From the NCBI GenBank assembly GCA_040383485.1, contig JBEIDK010000001.1:5952-69951 (forward strand): DNA of 64,000 bases, given 5' to 3'. The translations under genes and the position numbers were made by a program. Under the pieces are notes generated by a model. It did not search any database. It was not told where the DNA came from and saw only the letters and a list, made by a program, of their open reading frames with translations. Below are positions 1-9,101 of the stretch, piece by piece; positions within the stretch are counted from its first letter, which is position 1; each line of letters opens with the position of its first letter. This stretch comes from Flavobacteriales bacterium. GTDB lineage: Bacteria; Bacteroidota; Bacteroidia; UBA4408.

Positions 1-1276
1 TTAGGTTTGCAGTTCCAAAATCAACTGTTGGATTAATACTGCTAACACTTCCGCCACCAAAAGAAATAGAACCACCAAAGTTACAAACTCCATCCACTCT
101 TAAACCATTATTAAAAGTATGATTACCCGTAAGACTAACGACATTTGCCCCAGCATTAATAGTTACCAAACCAACTGCTATTATATCAGATGTTATATTT
201 TTTGGATTAGCTAATCCCCCATTACTAAACGCTAGACCTGCTATGGTAGTAAATGCAAAGTCAATATTTTGTGTTGTTGTACCATTAAAGGTTAGGGTTC
301 CTCCAATTTGAGTATAGGCACTACCAATAGAAACATTAAAATTACCACCTACTATATGACTTTGTCCATTAGTTGCGGATACAGTTGAATTGCCATTTAC
401 CTGAAAATTACCCAAAACGGTTACTGTACCATTAAAAATTACTATTTCTGAAGTACCGTTAATATTTAAGTTATTAAATGATACTGCACTACCTGTGGTT
501 ATGGACTGAACTGGAATAGTTCCAAAGCTTCCACCTACAAATTCAATAGTTCCAGTGCTTATTAGCTGACCAGTTCCAACCTCAGTCCAATCTCCTGCAA
601 CCTGATGAGTAAAAGAACCTCCGTTAAGTATACAACCAGTTGGGATATTAACTGCGCCTAAAATGGCAATTGATTTTAATAAGGTTGCGTTTGTAGTTCC
701 GGCTAAACTAAGCCCATAAAATTCATAACTTCCAGTTCCACCGATAGATATTGTAGTTTGATTAAGAACTGTATTGGTATTCATTGTAAGGTCACTGAAT
801 AAATCAAGTGTACCATTATTTGTAATGTTATCCCTAAAAGTAACAGTATGGCTTGCTGAAAATACACCCGTTAGGACTGATGCACCAGTATTTATTATTG
901 TAGTGCCATTAACAGTTACAACTCTAGATGTAGCATCACCTACATATAATCCTCCTGTTGCACCTTGGCCTACAGTTAAGTTTAGGATACTAATGTTTTG
1001 GTCAATTGTAATGGTATGACCATCTTGAATAATAAAATTATGCAAGCCTGAAGTTAAATCCACAGCAATTGGGTTTGCGCCTCCCCCTCCGGAAATGGTA
1101 TTCCAATTAGTGAGTACACTAAAACCATTGGTGCCTTGTGAGAAATAAGTTGCTGCGTTTACTCCACTTACTGTTAAGGTGGTAATGAGCAATAAAATTA
1201 ACTGAAACTTAATTTTATTTAAGTATTTAGGTATGCTAAACCTATGATTGAAATTAGAAAAGTTAGAATTCTTCAT
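1..1276 (-). CDS. N-terminal part of a large secreted beta-helix/adhesin-like repeat protein (gene continues beyond the left window edge)
   Basis: Not in the supplied ORF track. A reverse-strand ATG at 1276 opens a frame with no stop down to position 1. It starts MKNSNFSNFNHRFSIPKYLNKIKFQLILLLITTLTVSGVNA (signal peptide). Gly/Asn/Thr-rich turns follow (GNFQVNGNSTVSATNG, GGNFNVSIGSAYTQIGGTLTFNGTT, NAGANVVSLTGNHTFNNG), typical of parallel beta-helix surface proteins. Hand translation; start may be off by 1 nt. Confidence 0.6.
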   Translation of the reverse strand, partial: MKNSNFSNFNHRFSIPKYLNKIKFQLILLLITTLTVSGVNAATYFSQGTNGFSVLTNWNTISGGGGANPIAVDLTSGLHNFIIQDGHTITIDQNISILNLTVGQGATGGLYVGDATSRVVTVNGTTIINTGASVLTGVFSASHTVTFRDNITNNGTLDLFSDLTMNTNTVLNQTTISIGGTGSYEFYGLSLAGTTNATLLKSIAILGAVNIPTGCILNGGSFTHQVAGDWTEVGTGQLISTGTIEFVGGSFGTIPVQSITTGSAVSFNNLNINGTSEIVIFNGTVTVLGNFQVNGNSTVSATNGQSHIVGGNFNVSIGSAYTQIGGTLTFNGTTTQNIDFAFTTIAGLAFSNGGLANPKNITSDIIAVGLVTINAGANVVSLTGNHTFNNGLRVDGVCNFGGSISFGGGSVSSINPTVDFGTANL

Positions 1277-1799
1277 TATATTAATTGTGGATATTTTTAA
1301 AGCTTAAAAAAAATAATTACAAAAGTAAAAAAAATGTATTAAAAAGCAAATTTTTTATTGTACGCTAAACTTAACATTGAATTGATTTTATATTCGTTAG
1401 AGTGTCAATTTGATAAAATTAAATACACTATTTATCAACCACTGTTTTTAACTCTAATGGGAAAACATTTGGGTTGCAAAAAATTATAAAAGGTCGATTG
1501 ATTGAAGTTTTTAATATTTCAATAGCAATTTCACGTATTATTGAATAAAATCAGATTATGTTGACAGCAACAAAGCAAAATACGATAAGAATTTGAAAAT
1601 GTTAAAGCTATCGAATTTATAAAGCCTTTATAGTTAAATTAAAATCAATGAAGGTACTTCAATGCTCTAGAAAATGGAATATTCAAATTTGAATTGAATT
1701 TTTATTTAACTGCAATTAATTAAAATTCATCGAAAAAAAATTTGATAAAGTTTTATTCCTAAATATATTTTATTAGATTTGTTAAAACAATTATTTACT

Positions 1800-2357
1800 A
1801 TGAAGTATATTTTTTTGACGATAAGCATATTTTTTTTATTTGTAAATGTATCAAATGCACAAATATTTAAAAATAAGGAAAAGTGTGGCAAGATTCATTT
1901 TTTCTCATCAACCCCTTTGGAGAATATTGAAGCAAAATCAATGGCTGCAACATCATTAATTAATACTTCAGATGATAGTATAAGAGTTAATATTCCCATT
2001 ACTACATTCGAATTTAAGAATTCACTGATGCAAGAGCACTTTAATGAAAATTACCTCGAATCTTCAAAGTTTCCTAAAGCTTTTTTGAGAGGAAAACTAA
2101 ATGAAAAAATTGATTTTAAAAAAGAAGGAATTTATAAGGTAAGTGCAAACTGTAATTTAACAATTCACGGAGTGTTAAAAAATTATGTCATGTCTGGAAC
2201 TATTAACATAAATGGAGATGAAGTACATTTAGTTTCAAAATTTGAAGTGAAATTGACAGACCATAAAATTGAAGTCCCGAGGCTAGTTATACAGAAAATT
2301 GCTGAAAGTATTTTGGTAGATGTGGACATTATTTATAACCCAATTGTAAAAAAATAA
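1800..2357 (+). CDS. YceI-like family secreted protein
   Basis: The track ORF starts at TTG 1779. The first ATG (1800) gives a clean signal peptide, MKYIFLTISIFFLFVNVSNA. The body (FFSSTPLENIEAKS...NLTIHGV...VKLTDHKIEVP) resembles the YceI-like beta-barrel domain. Recognised from memory. Confidence 0.65.
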   Translation: MKYIFLTISIFFLFVNVSNAQIFKNKEKCGKIHFFSSTPLENIEAKSMAATSLINTSDDSIRVNIPITTFEFKNSLMQEHFNENYLESSKFPKAFLRGKLNEKIDFKKEGIYKVSANCNLTIHGVLKNYVMSGTININGDEVHLVSKFEVKLTDHKIEVPRLVIQKIAESILVDVDIIYNPIVKK

Positions 2358-2463
2358 AATAAAAAACTTGCATATTATCAACTAATCAATATTTTTGCTT
2401 TTGAATTTGATTCTAAATAACCAGAACAAAGTTAAAGAGGTAACCCAAGACAACCCAAATTGT

Positions 2464-3012
2464 ATGCTTGACATCTTTGAATTTTATAACCAAATGGAGC
2501 GTAATAAAATTATGCTCTCATTCAAAGGTGACATTACCTCAGAACTACTTACATCTATTCTTCAGATTATGGAGAGTAAGCTAGATAACATTCAAGAAGA
2601 GCCTAAGATTAAGAAAAAGGTTTACAATGTTCTTGTTGAATGTTTACAAAATCTTTATCATCATTTGGATGTTTCTCCTGATGGAGATGAAGCGGAAACT
2701 AAGATAGCTAAATCAGCTATTTTTATGATTGGAAAATATGATAATGAATATAATATTATAACAGGAAATTATATATTGACTGAAAACGTTGAGACCTTAA
2801 AAGCAAAACTAGATAAAGTAAATGGGATGGATAAAGAACAGTTGAAAGAATATTACAAACAAATTTTAAGCGAAGGCGAATTTTCATCAAAAGGTGGCGG
2901 AGGCTTAGGAATGATTGACATTGCAAGAAAATCTGGACAAAAATTAAACTATAGTTTCAAGCTTATTGACACAACTTATTCATTTTTTAGTTTGAACATA
3001 AAAATATCGTAA
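2464..3012 (+). CDS. SiaB-like GHKL-fold protein kinase (DUF6272-type)
   Basis: C-terminal GGGGLGMIDIARKSG matches the ATP-lid G-box of SpoIIAB/RsbW/SiaB-type kinases. The gene lies 12 nt upstream of a DUF1987 (SiaC-like) gene. The track ORF starts at TTG 2395. I prefer ATG 2464 (MLDIFEFYNQMERNKIMLSFKGD), but the start is uncertain. Confidence 0.65.
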   Translation: MLDIFEFYNQMERNKIMLSFKGDITSELLTSILQIMESKLDNIQEEPKIKKKVYNVLVECLQNLYHHLDVSPDGDEAETKIAKSAIFMIGKYDNEYNIITGNYILTENVETLKAKLDKVNGMDKEQLKEYYKQILSEGEFSSKGGGGLGMIDIARKSGQKLNYSFKLIDTTYSFFSLNIKIS

Positions 3013-3024
3013 TATATTTACACA

Positions 3025-3408
3025 ATGGAAACACTACTTATAGAAGGTTCGGCAAAAACACCAACAATTAAATTTGACTCTGCTGCAGGATTTGTAGAGA
3101 TTAAAGGACGTTCAATACCTGAAAATTCAATTGAATTTTACAAACCACTAATCGATTGGTTAGAAAAGTATGGAATTAAACCGCAGCCTACAACAACTGT
3201 AAATATTCAATTAGAATATTTCAATACTTCTTCATCAAAATGTATTCTTGATGTTTTTAAAAAATTAGAAGGTATCAATAAAGGTGGTAATAGTTCAGTG
3301 ATTATTAACTGGCATTATGAAGAAGATGACGAGGATATGAGTGAAGCAGGTGAAGATTATAAGGCTATTATTAATGTACCATTTAAAATGGTAATGGTTG
3401 AAGGTTAA
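3025..3408 (+). CDS. SiaC-like regulatory phosphoprotein (DUF1987)
   Basis: 127 aa. Motifs IKGRSIPENSIEFYKPLIDWL, QLEYFNTSSSK and the acidic WHYEEDDEDM match my memory of DUF1987/SiaC. A paralog lies at 9102..9485. Confidence 0.75.
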   Translation: METLLIEGSAKTPTIKFDSAAGFVEIKGRSIPENSIEFYKPLIDWLEKYGIKPQPTTTVNIQLEYFNTSSSKCILDVFKKLEGINKGGNSSVIINWHYEEDDEDMSEAGEDYKAIINVPFKMVMVEG

Positions 3409-3434
3409 TACAATATTAAATATTATTTAAACAT

Positions 3435-3468
3435 AAATACCGGTATAACTATGCCGGTATTTTATTTT
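3435..3468 (+). terminator. Rho-independent terminator after the SiaB/SiaC-like pair
   Basis: 9-bp perfect stem AAATACCGG (3435-3443) / CCGGTATTT (3454-3462), 10-nt loop, then a T-rich tail. It overlaps the upstream ATG 3451 of the track ORF, which supports ATG 3496 as the real start of the next gene. Confidence 0.7.
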
Positions 3469-3495
3469 GTAACATGTTTACTATTAATATATATT

Positions 3496-4584
3496 ATGAA
3501 AGATAATTATTGCGTGATTATGGCAGGTGGAGTAGGAAGCCGATTTTGGCCAATGAGCACTTCAAGCTACCCCAAACAGTTTATTGATGTAATGGGTGTT
3601 GGTAAAACATTGTTGCAACAAACATACGATAGGTTTATTGACATTTGCCCTAAAGAGAATATTATAGTTGTTACAAATGAACAATATAAAACTTTGGTGC
3701 AGGAACAACTGCCGTTTATTGCAGAAAATCAAGTACTACTTGAACCTGCTAGAAGAAATACTGCTCCTTGCATTGCTTATGCATGCTTTAAAATATATAA
3801 GCAAAATAAAGAAGCACGTATTATTGTTGCACCAAGTGACCACTCAATAAATAAAGAGGATACCTTTAGAAAAGCTGTATTATCATGCTTTAAGAAGGCA
3901 AGCAGTGAAGATTGTCTAATAACTATTGGGATAAAACCAACTCGTCCTGATACTGGATATGGTTATATTCAATTTAAAGAATCAAACCCTGGAGAAAAAG
4001 ATAATAGAATAAAAAAAGTAAAAACTTTTACAGAAAAGCCTGACCTTGATATGGCGAAGTTTTTTTTGCAAAGCGGTGATTTTTTATGGAATGCTGGAAT
4101 ATTTATTTGGAGTGCAAGAAGCATTTTAAGTGCTTTTGAAAAATTTATGCCAGAAGAGTATGCACTTTTTAAAGAGGGTATTGAATTATATAATACATCT
4201 GCAGAGGCTGATTATATTAAAAAAGTTTACCCGATGGCTAAAAATATATCTATAGATTATGGAATTATGGAAAAGGCAACAAATGTTTATGTCCGTTCCT
4301 CTGTTATTGGTTGGAGTGATTTGGGTACATGGGGCTCCCTATTTCAAAAAATCACAAAGGATAAAAATAACAATGCTATTGTTGGTAAAAATGTTCTCAC
4401 CTACAATTCATCAAATTGCATAATACATGTTCCAAAAAACAAATTGGTTGTACTTGAAGGATTAGATGATTATATAGTAGTTGAATCTAAAGATACATTA
4501 CTCATTTGTAAGAAAGAAAACGAACAAAATATTAAACAAATGGTGAATGATATTAAAATGAACAAAGGAGAAAAATATGTTTAA
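3496..4584 (+). CDS. manC: Mannose-1-phosphate guanylyltransferase
   Basis: N-terminal IMAGGVGSRFWPMSTSSYPKQF nucleotidyltransferase motif, with overall collinearity to ManC/CpsB-type enzymes. Start moved to ATG 3496 (MKDNYCVIMAGG). Confidence 0.8.
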   Translation: MKDNYCVIMAGGVGSRFWPMSTSSYPKQFIDVMGVGKTLLQQTYDRFIDICPKENIIVVTNEQYKTLVQEQLPFIAENQVLLEPARRNTAPCIAYACFKIYKQNKEARIIVAPSDHSINKEDTFRKAVLSCFKKASSEDCLITIGIKPTRPDTGYGYIQFKESNPGEKDNRIKKVKTFTEKPDLDMAKFFLQSGDFLWNAGIFIWSARSILSAFEKFMPEEYALFKEGIELYNTSAEADYIKKVYPMAKNISIDYGIMEKATNVYVRSSVIGWSDLGTWGSLFQKITKDKNNNAIVGKNVLTYNSSNCIIHVPKNKLVVLEGLDDYIVVESKDTLLICKKENEQNIKQMVNDIKMNKGEKYV

Positions 4585-4711
4585 AGTAAATTAAAATATA
4601 GTAACTATCATTACTAACCGTAGGAAGTAAATTAATTTAAAATCACCAATTATAAGTTTTCAATTAAAATTTATTGGTCCTATTTACTAATAAATTAATT
4701 ATTAGCTAAAA

Positions 4712-5161
4712 TCATAAAATTATTCGGCAATTAATCCATTGGTTATCAAAGCTACTATTGTATTTTTTGTAAAAATTTATTGCAGGCTCATTCCAATCTA
4801 ATACTTGCCAATTAATACTTATAAAATTATTTTCTTCGGCAAATTGTTTAGTTTTCTCAAATAAAAGATTCCCAACCCCGTTTCCTCTAAACTTTTCTGT
4901 GACAATTATATCTTCCAAATACAAGCACTTCCCTTTCCATGTGCTATATCTTGTGTAATATAGAGAAATTCCAATAATCTCGTTAAGTTTTTTAGCCACA
5001 AAAAATCCAAAAATCGGTTTTCTTCCAAATCCATCTTCACGCATTTTGTCAATAGTATTTGTTACTTCATTAGGGGCTTTTTCGTATGACGCTAGCTCCT
5101 TAATTAATTTTAATACTGATGGTAAGTCACTTTCAATACCCGTTCTAATTTCAATTTCCAT
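4712..5161 (-). CDS. GNAT family N-acetyltransferase (SSAT/diamine acetyltransferase-like)
   Basis: CLYLEDIIVTEKFRGNGVGNLLF (acetyl-CoA binding motif A) and WNEPAINFYKKY are typical of spermidine/spermine-type GNATs. Confidence 0.75.
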   Translation of the reverse strand: MEIEIRTGIESDLPSVLKLIKELASYEKAPNEVTNTIDKMREDGFGRKPIFGFFVAKKLNEIIGISLYYTRYSTWKGKCLYLEDIIVTEKFRGNGVGNLLFEKTKQFAEENNFISINWQVLDWNEPAINFYKKYNSSFDNQWINCRIIL

Positions 5162-5173
5162 AATTGCTATGTT

Positions 5174-6337
5174 TTAGCATAGTTTCTGATAGGTTTGCCA
5201 CCATTTATCTGGTAATCCATTATTCAATGCATATTGATAGTCGCTATAAGAGCATGGGACCAAATAATGACGTTCATATTTAGCATTTTTTGCTGTAGGA
5301 TAAGGTACCTCCATCCACCAACGGTCACTTTTGGGGCTTTTATAGAATATTATTTCATACTTTTCATTTTCATCAACCAACACATGGTATTTTGCAAAAT
5401 CTTTTTTAGGAGCAAGAGGAAAGTCATCTTTTCTATTTAAATAACCATCAATAAAACACCATATCATTTGAGCTATTAAATGAGCTGTAATTCCTTTTTT
5501 ATCAAACTCTGGATTGTATTCATAGATACCTATTGAACTTAGTTTATCACTTAAACCAGCATAGCGCATAATTTGGCAGGCCTCTTCTCCATAAAATCCA
5601 TTTGGACCTGCATTTGCAGAACCTGGTGCATCGCTGTTTCTAATTGAAGAAATATCGAAACTTATCATATCTGCATTTCTTACAATTGGCTCTACTTCCT
5701 CAATATTATTTTTAAATGTACCTAACCTATAAGTGTCAAAATATAATTTACTCATCAAATCGGTTATTGCAGAATCTACTAAATAAGTTTGGTAACCAAT
5801 GTTACTATAATTAAAAAGATAATTTGGTTGATGTAAAATTATACTCCCTAAATAGGATTTATTATCAATTGGTTGTTCAATTAATCCCATATCAAAAACA
5901 GAGTCAATGCTTACTAAATTAACAGTTTGCTCAAGGTTTTGATACGCAGTATAATTGGCATAAGTAAGGTCTTGTCCGCCACCAATAATAATTGGAATAA
6001 TATTTTTTTTTATTAAAAAAGTTACAATATTGGATAGTACATAGTAGGTATCTGATATTTCGAACCCCTGCTGAACATTTCCTAAATCAGCAATTTCAGA
6101 TATTCCTGAATGTTTAAATAAAGAATACAGATATTCTCGGATTTTATCAGGAGCTTTTTCTGAGCCTTTATTATTAATACTCTTTCTGCCTTCACAAACC
6201 CCTATAATGACGAGTTTAGTATTTGTCAAGTCTGGAAATTTTTTTGATGTATGAATATTTAAACTACTGCCTAGTTGAGAGGATTGGAAATGAGTAAATA
6301 ACTCATCAGAAATTGGCTGTAAAATTTGTAAATCCAA
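5174..6337 (-). CDS. Arginase/formimidoylglutamase (ureohydrolase) fold protein with degenerate metal-ligand motifs
   Basis: Collinear with ureohydrolase motifs, but they read IIGGGQDLT (for GGDHS), LVSIDSVFDM (for DAHxD) and MISFDISSIRNSDAPG (for SxDxDxxDP). It also carries a ~90-aa Trp/Tyr-rich C-terminal extension. Confidence 0.6.
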   Translation of the reverse strand: MDLQILQPISDELFTHFQSSQLGSSLNIHTSKKFPDLTNTKLVIIGVCEGRKSINNKGSEKAPDKIREYLYSLFKHSGISEIADLGNVQQGFEISDTYYVLSNIVTFLIKKNIIPIIIGGGQDLTYANYTAYQNLEQTVNLVSIDSVFDMGLIEQPIDNKSYLGSIILHQPNYLFNYSNIGYQTYLVDSAITDLMSKLYFDTYRLGTFKNNIEEVEPIVRNADMISFDISSIRNSDAPGSANAGPNGFYGEEACQIMRYAGLSDKLSSIGIYEYNPEFDKKGITAHLIAQMIWCFIDGYLNRKDDFPLAPKKDFAKYHVLVDENEKYEIIFYKSPKSDRWWMEVPYPTAKNAKYERHYLVPCSYSDYQYALNNGLPDKWWQTYQKLC

Positions 6338-6385
6338 AAAAATAGTATTTAGTATTAATTTAAAATGTAATTAAGAATAATAAAA

Positions 6386-7639
6386 TTAAAGGCCTAAAAG
6401 TACTTCACCGGGTTCTTTACCGCCAAAAAGCATTTTTGTAGGGTTTTCAAGCATTTCTTTTACCTTAACTAAAAAACCAACAGACTCGCGACCATCTATT
6501 ATTCGATGGTCATAGCTAAGTGCTACATACATAATAGGACGAATTACAACTTGACCATTTACAGCCATTGGTCTATCAACCACATTATGCATTCCTAAAA
6601 TTGCACTTTGCGGAGGGTTAATAATTGGAGTGCTCATCATGCTACCAAACACTCCACCATTAGTAATTGTAAAGGTACCTCCACTCATATCATCTAAAGT
6701 AATTTTATTATCTCTTGCTTTTAAGGCAAGCCCTTTAATTGCGCCTTCAATTTCGGCTAAACTCATTGCTTCTGCATTGCGCACAACAGGCACAACCAAA
6801 CCTTTAGGTGCACTTACGGCAATTCCAATATCGCAGTATTTATGGTATACAATTTCATCGCCATCTATCATGGCATTAACAGCAGGAAAAAGCTGTAAAG
6901 CTTCTGTTACAGCCTTAGTAAAGAAACTCATAAAACCAACATTAACGCCATATTTTTCTTTAAACTTATCTTTATACTTACTTCTTAAATCCATTATTGC
7001 ACTCATATCTACTTCATTAAAAGTAGTTAGCATAGCGGTTTCATTTTTTACAGAAACAAGTCTTTGTGCAAGTTTCTTGCGAAGGGGAGTCATTTTATTT
7101 TTCTCTACTTCACGAGAATTAGTATATGGAACAACAGTTGGAACATGCGCAAATCCTTTCGCAAGCAAAAGATTGACATCGTTCTTGGTAATTCGTCCGT
7201 CTTTACCTGTGCCCACTATTGCATTTGCTGGAACATTTTTCTCATCCATTATTTTTTTTGCAGAAGGAGAAGGGGTGCCAGTTGCATATGTTTTTTCCTG
7301 AGTATTAGAGGGATGTACAATAGCTTTTTCGGCTTCCTTAACTTCTTTTTTTGCAACATCCTTTATTGGTTCCTTTTCGATTTGCTTACCAGCTGGTTTA
7401 GCTCCCTCTGTATCAATATTACAAATAATAGAACCTACTGCTACAGTATCGCCTTCGTTTGCTAGTGCTTTAAAAACACCCGAATTTTCGGCATTAACCG
7501 TTAAGGTTGCTTTGTCACTATCTATTTCACATAACTCATCATCTTTTTCAACATAGTCACCGTCTTTCTTTAACCAACGTGCTATTACTACCTCTGAGAT
7601 TGATTCACCAGGACTTGGTACTTTTTGTTCAGCTATCAT
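6386..7639 (-). CDS. sucB: Dihydrolipoyllysine-residue succinyltransferase (E2 of 2-oxoglutarate dehydrogenase)
   Basis: Lipoyl domain with EIDSDKATL, a subunit-binding domain, and a catalytic domain with [16 protein letters not shown]. Confidence 0.9.
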   Translation of the reverse strand: MIAEQKVPSPGESISEVVIARWLKKDGDYVEKDDELCEIDSDKATLTVNAENSGVFKALANEGDTVAVGSIICNIDTEGAKPAGKQIEKEPIKDVAKKEVKEAEKAIVHPSNTQEKTYATGTPSPSAKKIMDEKNVPANAIVGTGKDGRITKNDVNLLLAKGFAHVPTVVPYTNSREVEKNKMTPLRKKLAQRLVSVKNETAMLTTFNEVDMSAIMDLRSKYKDKFKEKYGVNVGFMSFFTKAVTEALQLFPAVNAMIDGDEIVYHKYCDIGIAVSAPKGLVVPVVRNAEAMSLAEIEGAIKGLALKARDNKITLDDMSGGTFTITNGGVFGSMMSTPIINPPQSAILGMHNVVDRPMAVNGQVVIRPIMYVALSYDHRIIDGRESVGFLVKVKEMLENPTKMLFGGKEPGEVLLGL

Positions 7640-7773
7640 GTCATTAATTTATAAGGGTTGTAAATGTATAAATTATCCATAACTAAGTTAAAAATTCTTC
7701 ATTTTTTTGAATTTTAAATTCATTATTTTTTATTTAGTTTGCAACTTAAATTTTTAATTAAAAAAAAAACAAA

Positions 7774-8091
7774 ATGGAAAATGAAACACCGCAAGAAGGG
7801 CAAATAAATATTGAACTTAGTGAAGAGGTAGCTGAAGGGGTATATTCTAACTTAGCAATCATAACACATAGTAATTCAGAGTTTATATTAGATTTTATAA
7901 GATTGGTGCCAAATGTGCCAAAAGCAAAAGTAAAGAGTAGAATAATTTTAACACCGCAACATGCTAAGCGCTTATTAATGGCTATGCAGGATAACATAAA
8001 AAAATACGAGCAACTTTATGGAGTTATAAAAGAAGGCGAAATGCCCCCAGGTTTACCAATGAACTTTGGCGGTCCAACTGCTCAAGCATAA
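7774..8091 (+). CDS. DUF3467-like small protein
   Basis: 105 aa. GVYSNLAIITHSNSEFILDFI...ILTPQHAKRLL matches the DUF3467 family common in Bacteroidota (from memory). Confidence 0.65.
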   Translation: MENETPQEGQINIELSEEVAEGVYSNLAIITHSNSEFILDFIRLVPNVPKAKVKSRIILTPQHAKRLLMAMQDNIKKYEQLYGVIKEGEMPPGLPMNFGGPTAQA

Positions 8092-8093
8092 AT

Positions 8094-8124
8094 AAAAAGG
8101 TTGCAAATTTTGCAACCTTTTTTA
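8094..8124 (+). terminator. Rho-independent terminator
   Basis: AAAAAGGTTGCA-aattt-TGCAACCTTTTTT hairpin immediately after the stop at 8091, followed by a T tract. Confidence 0.75.
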
Positions 8125-8183
8125 TTTAGAAACCTATCTATAAATTTAATATTATCACGAAAGCAGTGAAAAAGAATATAATT

Positions 8184-8942
8184 TCATCTAACCATTTCAA
8201 CTCTTTGCGATTGTAAGAAACGAATTACATTTTCCATGTTTAATTCATCTTGTTTATATTCTCCAATATTTAAACTGCATACAAAACTCCATACTTCGAG
8301 AATATTTTTGGAATGATATAAAAATGGTTGATAATATTTATTGTCTGAATGAAACTCAAAAACGTCATTCAGTTTTTCTTTTTTTCTCTTTAGTCTTTTA
8401 TAAACTATGCCATCTTCCTTTGTGAGTACAATATATGTTTCTCTATCTTTAATTTCTTTTATATCTTCTATATATTTTCCAATAATTATTGTTCCATCAT
8501 TAAATGGGGGCATTGAATCACCTTTTATTGCAAATGCTCTATGTTTACCAACAACTTTGAATGGCAAAGTCATAGATGGCAGTTTGCCAATAAAGTCAGG
8601 ATCTGAATAACCTCTTGCATAACCTGCCAATGCTTTGGCTTGAATTACCTCAATAATATCTTCATTGTTGCTGTCAATTTGAACAGGAAACAACAATCGA
8701 TTTTTACCTACTTTTATTAAACTATCTGGGCTAGTTTTAGCCAAGTTACCCTTAATTAGTACATCAATTGATAAATGAAAATAATCAGAAATACTCGATA
8801 GTAAATCATATGGAGGTTCTGCCCTTCCCTCTTCATAAGAACCCAATCTAGAACGCGTGATGTTGAGTTCGTTTGCTAACTGTTCTTGAGATAATTTTTT
8901 ATAGTCTCTTAAGATTTTTAAGTTTAAAGCTATGTTTGACAT
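8184..8942 (-). CDS. XRE-family HTH plus S24 (LexA/CI-like) self-cleaving repressor
   Basis: N-terminal HTH (LKILRDYKKLSQEQLANELNITRSRLGSYEEGRAEP). C-terminal S24 domain has the Ser motif AIKGDSMPP and a downstream Lys (VYKRLKRK), with an Ala-Gly (KALAGY) between the domains. Start set to ATG 8942 (MSNIALNL); the track start 8975 would translate through the operator palindrome. Confidence 0.8.
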   Translation of the reverse strand: MSNIALNLKILRDYKKLSQEQLANELNITRSRLGSYEEGRAEPPYDLLSSISDYFHLSIDVLIKGNLAKTSPDSLIKVGKNRLLFPVQIDSNNEDIIEVIQAKALAGYARGYSDPDFIGKLPSMTLPFKVVGKHRAFAIKGDSMPPFNDGTIIIGKYIEDIKEIKDRETYIVLTKEDGIVYKRLKRKKEKLNDVFEFHSDNKYYQPFLYHSKNILEVWSFVCSLNIGEYKQDELNMENVIRFLQSQRVEMVR

Positions 8943-8959
8943 TACTAAAATATTTAGTA
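8943..8959. promoter_or_regulatory. Candidate operator: perfect inverted repeat TACTAAA-ATA-TTTAGTA
   Basis: 7-3-7 perfect palindrome abutting the repressor start codon. An extra TACTAAA half-site lies at 8966-8972. Confidence 0.45.
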
Positions 8960-9009
8960 CAATAATACTAAACATTATGGCAAAAACAAATTGATTATTT
9001 TTGAGTTTA

Positions 9010-9026
9010 TTTTAAATATTTTAGTA
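9010..9026. promoter_or_regulatory. Second, imperfect copy of the operator (TTTTAAA-TAT-TTTAGTA)
   Basis: Same right half-site and same 3-nt spacer; the left half matches 5 of 7. It lies in the same divergent intergenic region, about 75 nt upstream of the SiaC-like gene at 9102. Confidence 0.35.
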
Positions 9027-9101
9027 CATTAGAAAACGACTCATGTTTACAAAAACCAACAAAAAAATAGATTTATTCATTTAAAATAATAAATTTGCTA
9101 T

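Noticed and set aside
774-1019. 81-aa plus-strand ORF from the track
   Set aside because: It lies antisense inside the long minus-strand beta-helix protein frame (1..1276), which has a signal peptide and a coherent repeat structure. The plus-strand product has no features.
1681-1694. 14-bp perfect palindrome ATTCAAATTTGAAT in the 500-nt intergenic region upstream of the YceI-like gene
   Set aside because: A 7-bp AT-only half-site in a long AT-rich spacer is plausible by chance. There is no second copy and no adjacent regulator to give it context.
6630-7465. 223-aa and 133-aa plus-strand ORFs
   Set aside because: Both are antisense to sucB, whose identity is unambiguous. Their composition (Ser/Leu/Phe-rich) is typical of shadow ORFs.
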